Origin: Candidatus Nomurabacteria bacterium
GTDB lineage: Bacteria > Patescibacteriota > Minisyncoccia > Phycocordibacterales > UBA9973
Direction of reading: 5' to 3'
Assembly: GCA_020631955.1 (NCBI GenBank)
Contig: JACKGL010000004.1
Coordinates: 25,811-89,810 of the forward strand
DNA: 64,000 nucleotides
Positions 1 to 10,784 of the stretch are shown piece after piece. Position 1 is the stretch's first letter; each line of letters begins with the position of its first letter. A program made the translations under genes and the position numbers. Below the pieces are notes generated by a model. It ran no database searches. It was not told the origin of the DNA and worked only from the letters and a program-made list of their open reading frames with translations.

Positions 1-1
1 T

Positions 2-1598
<1,597 letters not shown>

Positions 1599-1679
1599 AT
1601 TCCTATCCTTCAATACTACTCTAAAAAACCCTTCTTGAAAAGTTGCGAAAAATCCTATTTTCTGGTAGTATTTCGCCGT

Positions 1680-2360
1680 ATGACAGATAACAAAAATGAC
1701 ATAAAAAGCGCACTCCTTTCTGTGGGAGCTCATTTTGGTTTTGGCCGCTCTAGAAGGCATGCTACTACCAAGAAAAGAATATTGGGCAACAAAAATGGTA
1801 CCGATATTATAGACATAGAACAAACAGCTCTTGAGATAGAAAGAGCTTCTGCTTATATGGCAGAATTAGTAAAAGAAGGTAAAACTATCTTATTTGTAGG
1901 TACAAAACCAGAAATAAGAGAGATCCTAGTAAAAGCAGCAGACACATTGTCTATGCCTTATGTACAGAACAGATGGTCAGGAGGTATCCTAACAAACTGG
2001 TCTGAAATAAAGAAAAGAATAGAAAAGAGAAATGCTCTTATAAAAGATAAAGAAACAGGGGCTTTCGAAAAATACACCAAAAAAGAAAGAATGATCCTAA
2101 ACAACGATCTTAGAAAAATGAGTGACTTCTTTGGAGGTATGGAAAATATGTCAAAATTACCAGACGCGTTATTTGTTATCGACCCTCGCCAAGAAGATGT
2201 GGCAGTGAAAGAAGCTATCGACCTAAATATCCCTGTAATATCTATATTGAATACAGACTGTAGTATGAAAGGTATCTCTTACCCTATCGTAGCAAATGAT
2301 GCTTCAAGACAAAGCGTTTCTAAGATAGTATCTGAGATAGTAGCAACTTGCAGAAAATAA
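1680..2360 (+). CDS. rpsB: 30S ribosomal protein S2
   Basis: Translation LLSVGAHFGFGRSRRHATTKKRILGNKNGTDIIDIEQT is S2-like; start set at internal ATG (MTDNKND) rather than the 1569 extension. Confidence 0.85.
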   Translation: MTDNKNDIKSALLSVGAHFGFGRSRRHATTKKRILGNKNGTDIIDIEQTALEIERASAYMAELVKEGKTILFVGTKPEIREILVKAADTLSMPYVQNRWSGGILTNWSEIKKRIEKRNALIKDKETGAFEKYTKKERMILNNDLRKMSDFFGGMENMSKLPDALFVIDPRQEDVAVKEAIDLNIPVISILNTDCSMKGISYPIVANDASRQSVSKIVSEIVATCRK

Positions 2361-2413
2361 TTTTTCAACTTATTTTTTAATTCGTTTTTTATTAATTTTA
2401 ATATTTTTTTGTT

Positions 2414-3202
2414 ATGGCAGAAATAACCACAGAACTTGTAAAAGAGTTACGAGACAAAACAAACGTCTCTATTATGCAATGTAAAAAAGCTTTAGAAGAA
2501 ACAGGCGGAGATATAGAAGCCGCTATGTTGGTATTGAGAAAGATATCTGGAGAAGTAGCTTCTAAAAAAGCTGACAGAGAGACTAGTGCTGGTATCATAG
2601 GAGTAGCCCAAAATGGCAACAAAGCTGTAATGGTGACACTCAACTGTGAGACAGACTTTGTGGCTCAAAATGAAGACTTCAAAAAAGCTTTAGCAACTAT
2701 CACACAGATATATCTAGATAAAGGAGAGGATGCTCTAAAATCCGAATCTGAACCAATAATAAAAGAACTAGTTCTGAAAATAGGAGAAAATATAGTACTA
2801 GGTGAATACAAAGAGATATCAGGAGATACTCTAGGTGTATACCTTCACCACAACCAAAAAACAGCTTGTGTTGTGTCTTTGGAAGGTGGAGACGAAAGTA
2901 CAGCTAAAGATATAGCGATGCACATAGCCGCTATGAACCCTAAGGTGATCAGCAAAGAAGATATAGATCCTGCAGATATGGAAAAAACTACAGAATTTTT
3001 CAAAGGTGAAGTAGAAGAACAAGCTGCTGGTAAGCCAGAAGATATAAAACAAAAAATGTTGGATGGTAAAATATCTAGCTATCTAAAAGATGTTGTGCTA
3101 TTGGAACAACCATTTTTCAAAGATGAATCTAAAAGTATAAAAGATGTTCTTGGTTCTGCTGGTGCAAAAGTTGTTGCATTTGAAAGAACAAGAATATTAT
3201 AA
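2414..3202 (+). CDS. tsf: elongation factor Ts
   Basis: MAEITTELVKELRDKTNVSIMQCKKALEETGGDIEAAM is the UBA-like EF-Ts N-terminus; classic rpsB-tsf synteny. Confidence 0.85.
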   Translation: MAEITTELVKELRDKTNVSIMQCKKALEETGGDIEAAMLVLRKISGEVASKKADRETSAGIIGVAQNGNKAVMVTLNCETDFVAQNEDFKKALATITQIYLDKGEDALKSESEPIIKELVLKIGENIVLGEYKEISGDTLGVYLHHNQKTACVVSLEGGDESTAKDIAMHIAAMNPKVISKEDIDPADMEKTTEFFKGEVEEQAAGKPEDIKQKMLDGKISSYLKDVVLLEQPFFKDESKSIKDVLGSAGAKVVAFERTRIL

Positions 3203-3220
3203 TAAGAGACACAAGTCTTT

Positions 3221-3631
3221 ATGTCGCTTTCATTAATACTACTTCTAATAACATTTGCTCTGACCTGTTTTATCGTGGGTAAAAAAACTTACCTTCTAAG
3301 AACAGGTAAACTAGACCTTTATCATGAAGAGCGTCCTTGGAGAGTGTCCCATGAAGCTAGAAAGCTATATAAGGTCTTGGCTTTCATAGGAAAAAGAATA
3401 TTCAAATCACTCATATTCTCTCTAGGAAAACTCTACGTCACAGTAGAGCATAGAGTAAAGAAATTCCTCCAGGCAAAGTTCCCAAAGTACTTCAAAGAAA
3501 AAGAGGTTGTATCTCAAAAACCTTCTTTCTTCATAAGTACTATGCAAGAATATAAAGTAAGAATGAGGAGACACAAGAAGACGATCCAAGAAAAAGAGAA
3601 GGATTTTGAGGAAGAAGACGTTGTTGATTAG
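3221..3631 (+). CDS. hypothetical protein with N-terminal TM helix and basic C-terminus
   Basis: 136-aa ORF with hydrophobic N-terminus (LILLLITFALTCFIVG); no recognisable domain. Confidence 0.4.
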   Translation: MSLSLILLLITFALTCFIVGKKTYLLRTGKLDLYHEERPWRVSHEARKLYKVLAFIGKRIFKSLIFSLGKLYVTVEHRVKKFLQAKFPKYFKEKEVVSQKPSFFISTMQEYKVRMRRHKKTIQEKEKDFEEEDVVD

Positions 3632-3741
3632 ATTTGAGTTTTCTGGTAGTATACCTCTACGTTTGCCGGAATACCCGCCAGAACGACTTCATGTCGGGCT
3701 GGGCTCAGTCGGTAGACAAAGTTTGGTAAATAAGATTAAAA

Positions 3742-3981
3742 ATGTATACTGTATATGTTCTAAAAGACGAAAATGGAAATATCTATAAAGGTATGACAAA
3801 GGATCTAGAAAGAAGGTTGAAAGAACATAAAAACAAGCACACAAAAACTACATCAAAAATGAAAAATATTGTTGTAGTATACAAAGAAAATTTTGATGAT
3901 TTTTTATCAGCAAGAGAAAGAGAGATATACTTCAAATCTGCTGCTGGTAGAAAATTTCTCAAAAAAGTATTGCCGGAATAG
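3742..3981 (+). CDS. small GIY-YIG nuclease family protein
   Basis: MYTVYVLKDENGNIYKGMTKDLERRLKEHKN matches the GIY-x10-YIG / R / E motif spacing of stand-alone GIY-YIG domains; lies immediately 5' of tRNA-Thr. Confidence 0.65.
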   Translation: MYTVYVLKDENGNIYKGMTKDLERRLKEHKNKHTKTTSKMKNIVVVYKENFDDFLSAREREIYFKSAAGRKFLKKVLPE

Positions 3982-4044
3982 CTCAGTTGGTAGAGCAACG
4001 GTTTTGTAAACCGTGGGTCGTGGGTTCAAGTCCCTCTTCCGGCT
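3972..4044 (+). tRNA. tRNA-Thr (anticodon UGU)
   Basis: Cloverleaf read directly: acceptor GCCGGAA/TTCCGGC, D-stem GCTC/GAGC, anticodon stem ACGGT/ACCGT with loop TTTGTAA (anticodon TGT), T-arm GTGGG-TTCAAGT-CCCTC (one U-U mismatch). Confidence 0.8.
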
Positions 4045-4045
4045 C
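4027..4045 (+). repeat. direct repeat copy 1 (3' end of tRNA-Thr, caagtccctcttccggctc)
   Basis: Exact 19-nt match with 4212..4230. Confidence 0.7.
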
Positions 4046-4211
4046 ATAAAACAAATGAACTCAGTGCGGAGCACTGGGTGATTTTGTTTTACAGTCGGAG
4101 TGGGGCTTGAACCGAGCTGGCGCAAAGCCCGCGTAGCGGAGCCTGCGAGTGGGGGTCGATGGAGTGAGATATTTTACGAGTAATACGAAGTAAAATATCC
4201 ACGAGAGTGAC

Positions 4212-4230
4212 CAAGTCCCTCTTCCGGCTC
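4212..4230 (+). repeat. direct repeat copy 2 of tRNA-Thr 3' end (followed by CA, giving ...TCCA)
   Basis: Exact 19-nt match with 4027..4045; candidate att remnant. Confidence 0.7.
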
Positions 4231-4315
4231 CATTTGTTCTTTTAAATAGGTTTATATCTCTACGGTTGCTTGTAAGCAGCAGTCCGTTTAAAGAAGCGTA
4301 ACAGCTTCGGAGATG

Positions 4316-4345
4316 AGCACTCTCTTCGGGGAGTGCTTTTTTTAT
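4316..4345 (+). terminator. rho-independent terminator (plus strand)
   Basis: gcactctcttcggggagtgc hairpin followed by ttttttt. Confidence 0.55.
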
Positions 4346-4391
4346 ACAAAAAAACTGCCATTGCTGGTGGTAGTCTATATATTCAAAATAC

Positions 4392-4931
4392 TTATTTACT
4401 CATTGCAATATTGCTCTCTAAGAGCTTACAAAGCTTACTGTGTGCTTCGTTGAGGTTCTTTTTGTTATGTATTAATGAAAGTTTTTTCACAAGCGCTTTG
4501 TTTATCATATCTGTACCTTTGTAGTTCGACAAAAGAGTACTGATATATACAACCAGAAGAACGTATTCTTCTATTATCTCAAAACCCTTGGTATTAAACC
4601 CCTGAGCCAACACGACAACTATTTCTCTGGTAATTTTTTCAGTTGGAGTGTTTGTGACCAACCTAGAGGCTACATCAAAAAACTCTTCCGGGTTTGCTTT
4701 TGCAAAAAGCCCTATTGCCCACTTAGGCACATTAGCATTATCATACTCACTTAGTTTCTTTATGGCATATTCAGACGCCATATAGTTAAAGCTCGTCTTT
4801 GCTGTGTATCCCAATATCATAATAAGATCAATAATTTCCACAGCCGTACTTTCGAACACCTTGTAGATATCTTCCACAGGTGCGTGGTATGCTTTATAAA
4901 AGACAGTGTAAACTTCTTCGGAGGTCTTCAT
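4392..4931 (-). CDS. hypothetical protein
   Basis: 179-aa ORF, no recognisable motif. Confidence 0.45.
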   Translation of the reverse strand: MKTSEEVYTVFYKAYHAPVEDIYKVFESTAVEIIDLIMILGYTAKTSFNYMASEYAIKKLSEYDNANVPKWAIGLFAKANPEEFFDVASRLVTNTPTEKITREIVVVLAQGFNTKGFEIIEEYVLLVVYISTLLSNYKGTDMINKALVKKLSLIHNKKNLNEAHSKLCKLLESNIAMSK

Positions 4932-5004
4932 ATTTTATGTTTTAAATGTGCGCAATCAATTGAAGACTATGCTAACTCTAAACCCTTATTATGTCAAATA
5001 AGGT

Positions 5005-5700
5005 CTAGTTATCTATTTCTTCGGTAAGGTCTATATTTTCTTCTTCTTTGTTTTTACTATCTAGAAGTTCTTTTGGCAGATATCCTTCCACATCCTCTAC
5101 AGACTGAAAACCAGTATACACCTCGTCGTCTATCACAAGTATAGGTAGTTCAGCTTCCTCTACTTTATATATTGATTTGAGTGAATTCACGGCCGACAAT
5201 GTAGTATAAAAGTCAAAAGAATACACTCGAAGTTCATCATAAGAATCGCGCAGATCGGTAAGTACATAGCTCTGCTTTTCACAGTCTGTACAGCTCTTAG
5301 CGTCCCCATAAAAATAAAGTACTGTATATAAAGGTATATCACATTCTTTATTGATCTTTTTCATCAAAAGAAAGTCTTTTATCTCTAGTAGGAAATAAAA
5401 ATCTTTGAGTTCTTCGAGCTCAGAATAACTAGATAGGTTGTTTTCGCTGTATTCTATCTTGTGCGCTAGTTTGTTAAGCTCATCTGAAAGAAGTGCTCCT
5501 GTGGTGTCCTTACAAGAGAGTTGTGAAAGCAGTGTATATTGAGTCTCGGAAGAAAGTATGTCTAGCGATATGCTTTCTTGAATATTTTTTATTTCAGCTA
5601 GTTTCTTGTTGGCAAAAAAATTGGAAAGAAGCAAAGCAGAAATAAATATAACTGCCGTAATAAAAAACACGAGTATATATTTTCCAAAATCTATTTTCAT
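5005..5700 (-). CDS. membrane-anchored thioredoxin-fold-like protein with CxxC (CTDC) motif
   Basis: N-terminal TM helix, CTDC motif, C-terminal LPILVIDDEVYTG resembling the glutaredoxin/thioredoxin cis-Pro region. Confidence 0.4.
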   Translation of the reverse strand: MKIDFGKYILVFFITAVIFISALLLSNFFANKKLAEIKNIQESISLDILSSETQYTLLSQLSCKDTTGALLSDELNKLAHKIEYSENNLSSYSELEELKDFYFLLEIKDFLLMKKINKECDIPLYTVLYFYGDAKSCTDCEKQSYVLTDLRDSYDELRVYSFDFYTTLSAVNSLKSIYKVEEAELPILVIDDEVYTGFQSVEDVEGYLPKELLDSKNKEEENIDLTEEIDN

Positions 5701-5701
5701 A

Positions 5702-6982
5702 TTATTTTCTCTCAGAAACCCAACTTGATTCTTTGTTTATAAAAAAGTTATATATTGATTTTAGTATCCAAAGTGGAGCAATAAAACTATACATAATAAA
5801 AAGATAAAGATCTGAAAACTTTAAAGACGCTTTTCTGTTGGATATCTTTCTACCTATGATAAGAGATATAAAGATACTTACATATATAAATACCATCAAG
5901 AAAGCTATAGGGTTGGTATTTACAAAAAACCAATCAAAAGTAGGAAGAACTACTTTAGGGTCTACACCTACGACGCTTATCTTGCTGAAGTTCTTTTGCA
6001 AGAGATTATATGCGCTATATAAAAATATACTCCATAGGAACAAAACTGAAAGCACAGACATAAGTCCAGAAGGTATAGTAAAGAAACCTACTTCTCCGTA
6101 CTTTTTATCAAACAACATGTGTTTATAGTCAGAAGCATTTTTCAAGAAACCATATATCCATCTCTTTCTTTGTTTGTAGAGTGATTTTATACCAGTAGGA
6201 GTCTTAGTATAGACTATAGCATTCTCACAATGCATGATTTTCATACCGTTTTCTTGCATACGTAGAGCTATTTCTTGGTCTTCAGTATTGTGTGCTTTTT
6301 TAAAGTTACCTATTTTGTCAAAAACTTCTTTTCTAAAAACAGAAAAAGGTCCGGGTGTCACGTGGATGGCGTTTATGCTACAAAGTATCTTTTTATGGAA
6401 AATACCCATGTCATATTCAGCGTTCTGAGCCTTTGCAAGCCAGCCTTTACTTTCTGGTTTGTGCACAAGCATAGAGGGTGTCATGGCCATAGCATCTTTG
6501 TTTTTTATAAATCTATCTATAATATTTTTAAGAGCCATCTCGTCTACAAAAGAGTCACTATCTAGTCCGGCTATAAACTCTCCTTTGGCTTTTTCTATAC
6601 CAAGATTGATAGCTGTGTGTTTTCCACCGTTTTCTTTATCAAAAACTCGTACATTTTTAAGACCTTCAAATTCTTTTAGTTTTGCCAAAGTGTTGTCTGT
6701 ACTTCCATCATTTACTAGAATAATATCTAACTTATTTTTTGGGTAGTTAAGGTTTAGCACTGACTGTACAGTATCGCTTATAGTGTCCTGTTCGTTATAA
6801 CAAGGTATTATGATAGTCACTTTTGGATAGTAAGGAAGAGACACTATATTTTTTACCTTTTTTTCAAGCTTTTTCTTGCTTTCAAAAAATGTCACGAAGA
6901 AAAAAACCTGTATATACAAAGACAGGAACCCAAAGATGTAAAATATAAGCTCTTTTAACCCCATATCGCCCAATTTTACCAT
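5702..6982 (-). CDS. family 2 glycosyltransferase, processive (membrane, QxxRW motif)
   Basis: PKVTIIIPCYNEQDTI...LVNDGSTDNT GT-A fold signature plus QRKRW and multiple TM helices. Confidence 0.75.
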   Translation of the reverse strand: MVKLGDMGLKELIFYIFGFLSLYIQVFFFVTFFESKKKLEKKVKNIVSLPYYPKVTIIIPCYNEQDTISDTVQSVLNLNYPKNKLDIILVNDGSTDNTLAKLKEFEGLKNVRVFDKENGGKHTAINLGIEKAKGEFIAGLDSDSFVDEMALKNIIDRFIKNKDAMAMTPSMLVHKPESKGWLAKAQNAEYDMGIFHKKILCSINAIHVTPGPFSVFRKEVFDKIGNFKKAHNTEDQEIALRMQENGMKIMHCENAIVYTKTPTGIKSLYKQRKRWIYGFLKNASDYKHMLFDKKYGEVGFFTIPSGLMSVLSVLFLWSIFLYSAYNLLQKNFSKISVVGVDPKVVLPTFDWFFVNTNPIAFLMVFIYVSIFISLIIGRKISNRKASLKFSDLYLFIMYSFIAPLWILKSIYNFFINKESSWVSERK

Positions 6983-7038
6983 AATTTAAGGCTTTTATCA
7001 ATAGAAGCTAACATCCTGGCTATGATAAAATCATCTTT

Positions 7039-7725
7039 ATGGAAAATCAAGAAAAGAAAAGATCTATAGGTACAGGTGAAGCTATAATACTAGCCGGACT
7101 ACTTGTAGCCATAGCAATATTTGTTACAAACAGTGGAGGTGGTACAAACACACAAAACTCCGATGATGGTATAAAAATACAGAATCCTAGCCCTCAAGTA
7201 GTGGATGCAGAAAGCCTTATAAGAGGAGAAACAAAAGATACACAGGTATATATAGTAGAGTACTCTGACTATGATTGTCCTTTCTGTGCCAGATTTCACC
7301 CAACAATGAAATCAATAGTAGAAAAATATGATGGTAAAGTAGCTTGGGTTTACAAACAATTCCCTCTAACAAGTAGACACCCAAACGCTTATCAAAAATC
7401 TGTAGCCGCTCTTTGTGTAAACAAAATTGGTGGGGAAGAAAAGTTTTGGCAATATACTGATTTGCTTTTCGAAACACCTAGACAAAACAGTGAGCTGGCC
7501 ACTCTAGCTGGATCTTTAGGAATAGATACAAGCGCTTTTGATGAATGTATGAATTCTCCAGAAGTACAATCATTAGTAGATGCAGACATAGCAGAAGCGC
7601 AGTCACTGGGGGCCACAGGTACACCTTTTGCTGTAGCTGTAAAGAAAGATGGTACTAACGAAATAATAAGAGGCGCTGTTCCACAAGAAGAAGTGGAAAA
7701 AATAATAAATACACTTTTAAACTAA
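7039..7725 (+). CDS. DsbA-like thiol:disulfide oxidoreductase (CPFC active site)
   Basis: YSDYDCPFCARFHP thioredoxin-fold active site; N-terminal signal anchor. Confidence 0.75.
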   Translation: MENQEKKRSIGTGEAIILAGLLVAIAIFVTNSGGGTNTQNSDDGIKIQNPSPQVVDAESLIRGETKDTQVYIVEYSDYDCPFCARFHPTMKSIVEKYDGKVAWVYKQFPLTSRHPNAYQKSVAALCVNKIGGEEKFWQYTDLLFETPRQNSELATLAGSLGIDTSAFDECMNSPEVQSLVDADIAEAQSLGATGTPFAVAVKKDGTNEIIRGAVPQEEVEKIINTLLN

Positions 7726-7736
7726 AATAAATACAT

Positions 7737-7766
7737 AAAAACCCGGCTTAGCCGGGTTTTTGTTTT
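7737..7766. terminator. bidirectional rho-independent terminator
   Basis: aaaacccggcttagccgggttttt between convergent dsbA-like gene and rpoD. Confidence 0.6.
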
Positions 7767-9054
7767 AGTCAAAATAATTTCTTAGTCTCTTTATTTTTTC
7801 ATTATGTCTTAGTTTCTCATGAACCTTAGCCTCTATCTGACGAATTCTCTCACGAGTCACCCCGAACTCTTGTCCTACCTCTTCTAGAGTATGTTGCACA
7901 CCATTGGTCAGACCATATCTCATTTCCAATATTTTCTTTTCTTTCGGGTTGAGTTCATCTAATACTTCCCTTATCTGATCTTGAAGTATTCTACGAGCCA
8001 CTTCTTGGTCTGGGGAAAGTATTTTATCATCTGGAATGAATTCACCTCTTGTGGATTTTTCTTCTGAATCGTTACCGATAGGTTTTTCTAGAGAAACTGT
8101 CTCTTGGTTGATCTGTTCTATGGTGTATATCTTATCTACTTCTACACCCATCTCTGTAGCTATTTCTTCAGGTAGTGGGTCGCGGCCCAAGTCTTGTTGT
8201 AAACGACGAAGTACTTGTTTGTACTTAGATATTGTCTCTACCATGTGCACAGGTATACGAATAGTACGTGACTGATCAGCAAGAGATCTGGTTATAGACT
8301 GTCTTATCCACCATGTAGCATATGTAGAGAATTTGAATCCTTTTGTCCAATCAAACTTTTCTACTGCTTTGAAAAGACCAATATTTCCTTCTTGTATAAG
8401 ATCTAGAAGTGTAAGGTCGCTCGATCTTCCAACATACTTTTTAGCTATAGATACCACAAGACGAAGGTTGGCTCTAGCCAAAAGATTTTTAGCTTCTTCA
8501 TCCCCCGCCGCTACTCTTTTTGATAGATCTCTTTCTTCTTGTGCAGAAAGTAGGGGATACTTACCTATTTCTTTTAGATACATTTGTATAGAGTCATAAG
8601 AAGGTAGATCACGGAGAAGATTTTTCTGATCTTGTTTTATTTCTGTTTCTAGATTTAAAAGATTACCACCTTCAAGTACATCTATATGTAGAAGACCAAA
8701 ATCATCATAAAGTTCTTCAAGAAAAACAATATCGCTTTCTACGTCTGGAAAAGCTTTTAGGATTTCGTCATATGTGACATACCCTCTTTTCTTCCCTTTT
8801 TCTATAAGCTCACTTTTTATCTTATCTTTGTCAGCTTTTGATATCTTGGCACGTCTGGTTGTATTTTTTACAGCTTTTTTAGTAGATTTCTTTGCTGTTT
8901 TTTTAACAACTTTTTTATTTGTTGTTTTTTTTGCCGATTTTTTAGCTGTTTTTTTCACAGCCTTTTTTGCTACTTTTTTAGCAGTTTTCTTAGCCACTTT
9001 CTTTGTGGTTTTTTTAGCCTTCGATATTGTTTTTTTGGTTTTTTTTGCTGGCAT
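7765..9054 (-). CDS. rpoD: RNA polymerase sigma-70 factor RpoD with lysine/alanine-rich N-terminal repeats
   Basis: Regions 2-4 clearly present ([16 protein letters not shown]..., [25 protein letters not shown]..., [20 protein letters not shown]). N-terminus is [10 protein letters not shown] repeats instead of acidic region 1.1. Confidence 0.9.
   Translation of the reverse strand: MPAKKTKKTISKAKKTTKKVAKKTAKKVAKKAVKKTAKKSAKKTTNKKVVKKTAKKSTKKAVKNTTRRAKISKADKDKIKSELIEKGKKRGYVTYDEILKAFPDVESDIVFLEELYDDFGLLHIDVLEGGNLLNLETEIKQDQKNLLRDLPSYDSIQMYLKEIGKYPLLSAQEERDLSKRVAAGDEEAKNLLARANLRLVVSIAKKYVGRSSDLTLLDLIQEGNIGLFKAVEKFDWTKGFKFSTYATWWIRQSITRSLADQSRTIRIPVHMVETISKYKQVLRRLQQDLGRDPLPEEIATEMGVEVDKIYTIEQINQETVSLEKPIGNDSEEKSTRGEFIPDDKILSPDQEVARRILQDQIREVLDELNPKEKKILEMRYGLTNGVQHTLEEVGQEFGVTRERIRQIEAKVHEKLRHNEKIKRLRNYFD
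8790..9050 (-). repeat. coding tandem repeat (AKK/KKT units) within rpoD 5' end
   Basis: Imperfect tandem tttttt/gctgtt repeats at nucleotide level encoding KKxAKK units. Confidence 0.6.
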
Positions 9055-9055
9055 A

Positions 9056-10762
9056 TTATTTTGATAATTTTAATTCTTCTAATTCTTTGTTCAGTTTATT
9101 TATTTCAGACATCAGAGATTTTATACTTTCTTCATCTTTCTTTCTTTCTGTTTCCCTGAGTTTAACATGTTTTTCTTGTATCTGATCTTCGAGTATCTCC
9201 ATCTTTGTGGCTCTGGCTATTTTATTGATCTGGAAGTTTTCATTGTCGTTTAAAAATATACTGGCCCTAAAAAGATATGCTTCTTTGTCTGGTGGTGACA
9301 TATTTTCAAATCTTTGGAGTAACATATCTTTATCTACCAAACCTTCCAAACCTTTTTCAAGTTTTTCCAATATAGCTTGGTTTTCTGTCATACCTATCTT
9401 ATACACTGCTCCCAAAAGCAAAGATATTTTATTTTTATCTATTTTGTTTTGAGTGGATTGATCTTGTCCTTTTTCAATGTCAAACTTTATACCTTCTACT
9501 TTTTCAAGTTCTTCTTTTACAGAGAGTTCATCTACATCTAGAAAATCAGCTATTTTTTGTGTATAAAATGATTTTTCTATAGAGCTATTTATGGACTTCA
9601 CTATAGGTAGTATCACACTAGATACAGCCTTTATCTTATCTTTCTTTTCTTTATGACTTTGGTCAACATATTCTAGTAAGAATTCGACTATGTTTTTCTT
9701 GTTTTCAAGTGTCTTTATCCAATCTTCTTTGTTTTCTTTTATGATATCTGCAGGATCTTTACCTTTAGGTAAGCTCACTAGACTGACTTCGAGTCCGCCA
9801 GATACGGCTAGCTGATAGCTCTTTCTGGAAGCATTCACCCCAGCATTGTCACCGTCAAAACAAAAGATTATTTCCTCAGCGCTTCTTTTTAGGATACCTA
9901 TGTGTTCCTTAGTAAGAGCTGTGCCTGATACCGCTACTGTCTCTAATATTTTAGCCTGATGAGACATCACTAGGTCCATCTGTCCTTCTACAACTATAAC
10001 TCTCTTTTTTCTTAGTATATCTATCTTGGCTTTATCGTATCCATAAAGAACACTTTTCTTATCATATACTTTTGTTTCTGGAGAGTTTATATATTTAGCC
10101 AGTGGATTGCCAGATCTATCTTTCTTATCAACCAATATTCTTCCGGAAAAACCTATTATCTTGCCGCTCTGGTTTCCTATAGGAAACATTATTCTTCCGC
10201 GAAATCTTTCATAGAGACCATTGTCGCCTTTAGAAACAAGTCCTGCATCTATCATGATAGATTCTTTCACTCCTTTTTTCTTGAGAAATTCAATAAGTCT
10301 ACCCCCAGAAAGTGGTGAGTATCCTATGCGAAAGTTCTTTATTGTTTCCTGCGAAAGACCCCTGTTTTTTAGATATTCGAGAGCTTCTGGTTTTTTCGTA
10401 AGGCAAAATTCATAAAAAAGTGTAGAAAGTTCAAGAACTTGTTTTATCTCATCACTCTCTTCTTTTTGTGAATCATATGTTTTTTGAAGTACAACACCCG
10501 CTTTATCAGCTAAAGTTTTTAGAGCTTCATAAAAAGATACTCCTTCTATCTCTTGCACAAAAGAAAATATATCTCCATGTACGCCGCATCCAAAACAGTG
10601 GTATGTTCCCCTGCTCGGTGAAACAAAGAATGAAGGTGATTTCTCATTATGAAACGGACACGTAGTCTTGTAGTAAGCTCCGCTATGATGCAATTCTATA
10701 TAGGTAGATATAAGATCCGCTATATCTATCCTTTCTTTGATTTGTTCTATTTGAGAACTCAC
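9056..10762 (-). CDS. dnaG: DNA primase
   Basis: CHC2 zinc finger [13 protein letters not shown]...HCFGCG, TOPRIM EGQMD motif; dnaG-rpoD synteny. Confidence 0.85.
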   Translation of the reverse strand: MSSQIEQIKERIDIADLISTYIELHHSGAYYKTTCPFHNEKSPSFFVSPSRGTYHCFGCGVHGDIFSFVQEIEGVSFYEALKTLADKAGVVLQKTYDSQKEESDEIKQVLELSTLFYEFCLTKKPEALEYLKNRGLSQETIKNFRIGYSPLSGGRLIEFLKKKGVKESIMIDAGLVSKGDNGLYERFRGRIMFPIGNQSGKIIGFSGRILVDKKDRSGNPLAKYINSPETKVYDKKSVLYGYDKAKIDILRKKRVIVVEGQMDLVMSHQAKILETVAVSGTALTKEHIGILKRSAEEIIFCFDGDNAGVNASRKSYQLAVSGGLEVSLVSLPKGKDPADIIKENKEDWIKTLENKKNIVEFLLEYVDQSHKEKKDKIKAVSSVILPIVKSINSSIEKSFYTQKIADFLDVDELSVKEELEKVEGIKFDIEKGQDQSTQNKIDKNKISLLLGAVYKIGMTENQAILEKLEKGLEGLVDKDMLLQRFENMSPPDKEAYLFRASIFLNDNENFQINKIARATKMEILEDQIQEKHVKLRETERKKDEESIKSLMSEINKLNKELEELKLSK

Positions 10763-10784
10763 CCTCTTTGCAATTAGCTATTAA

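Noticed and set aside
3606-4125. ORFs 3606..3788, 3783..3998 and 3907..4125 around tRNA-Thr
   Set aside because: They overlap the GIY-YIG gene and the tRNA on the wrong frame or strand and are spurious.
4231-4315. SRP RNA or tmRNA identity for the stretch before the 4316 terminator (AAGCAGC motif)
   Set aside because: Only a 7-mer resemblance to the SRP helix-8 motif. There is no GGAA tetraloop context and no tRNA-like or tag-ORF features, so it is left as an unclassified possible sRNA.
8790-9050. Possible CRISPR-like or non-coding tandem repeat
   Set aside because: Repeat units are irregular and in-frame with rpoD, with no spacer structure. This is a coding low-complexity repeat.
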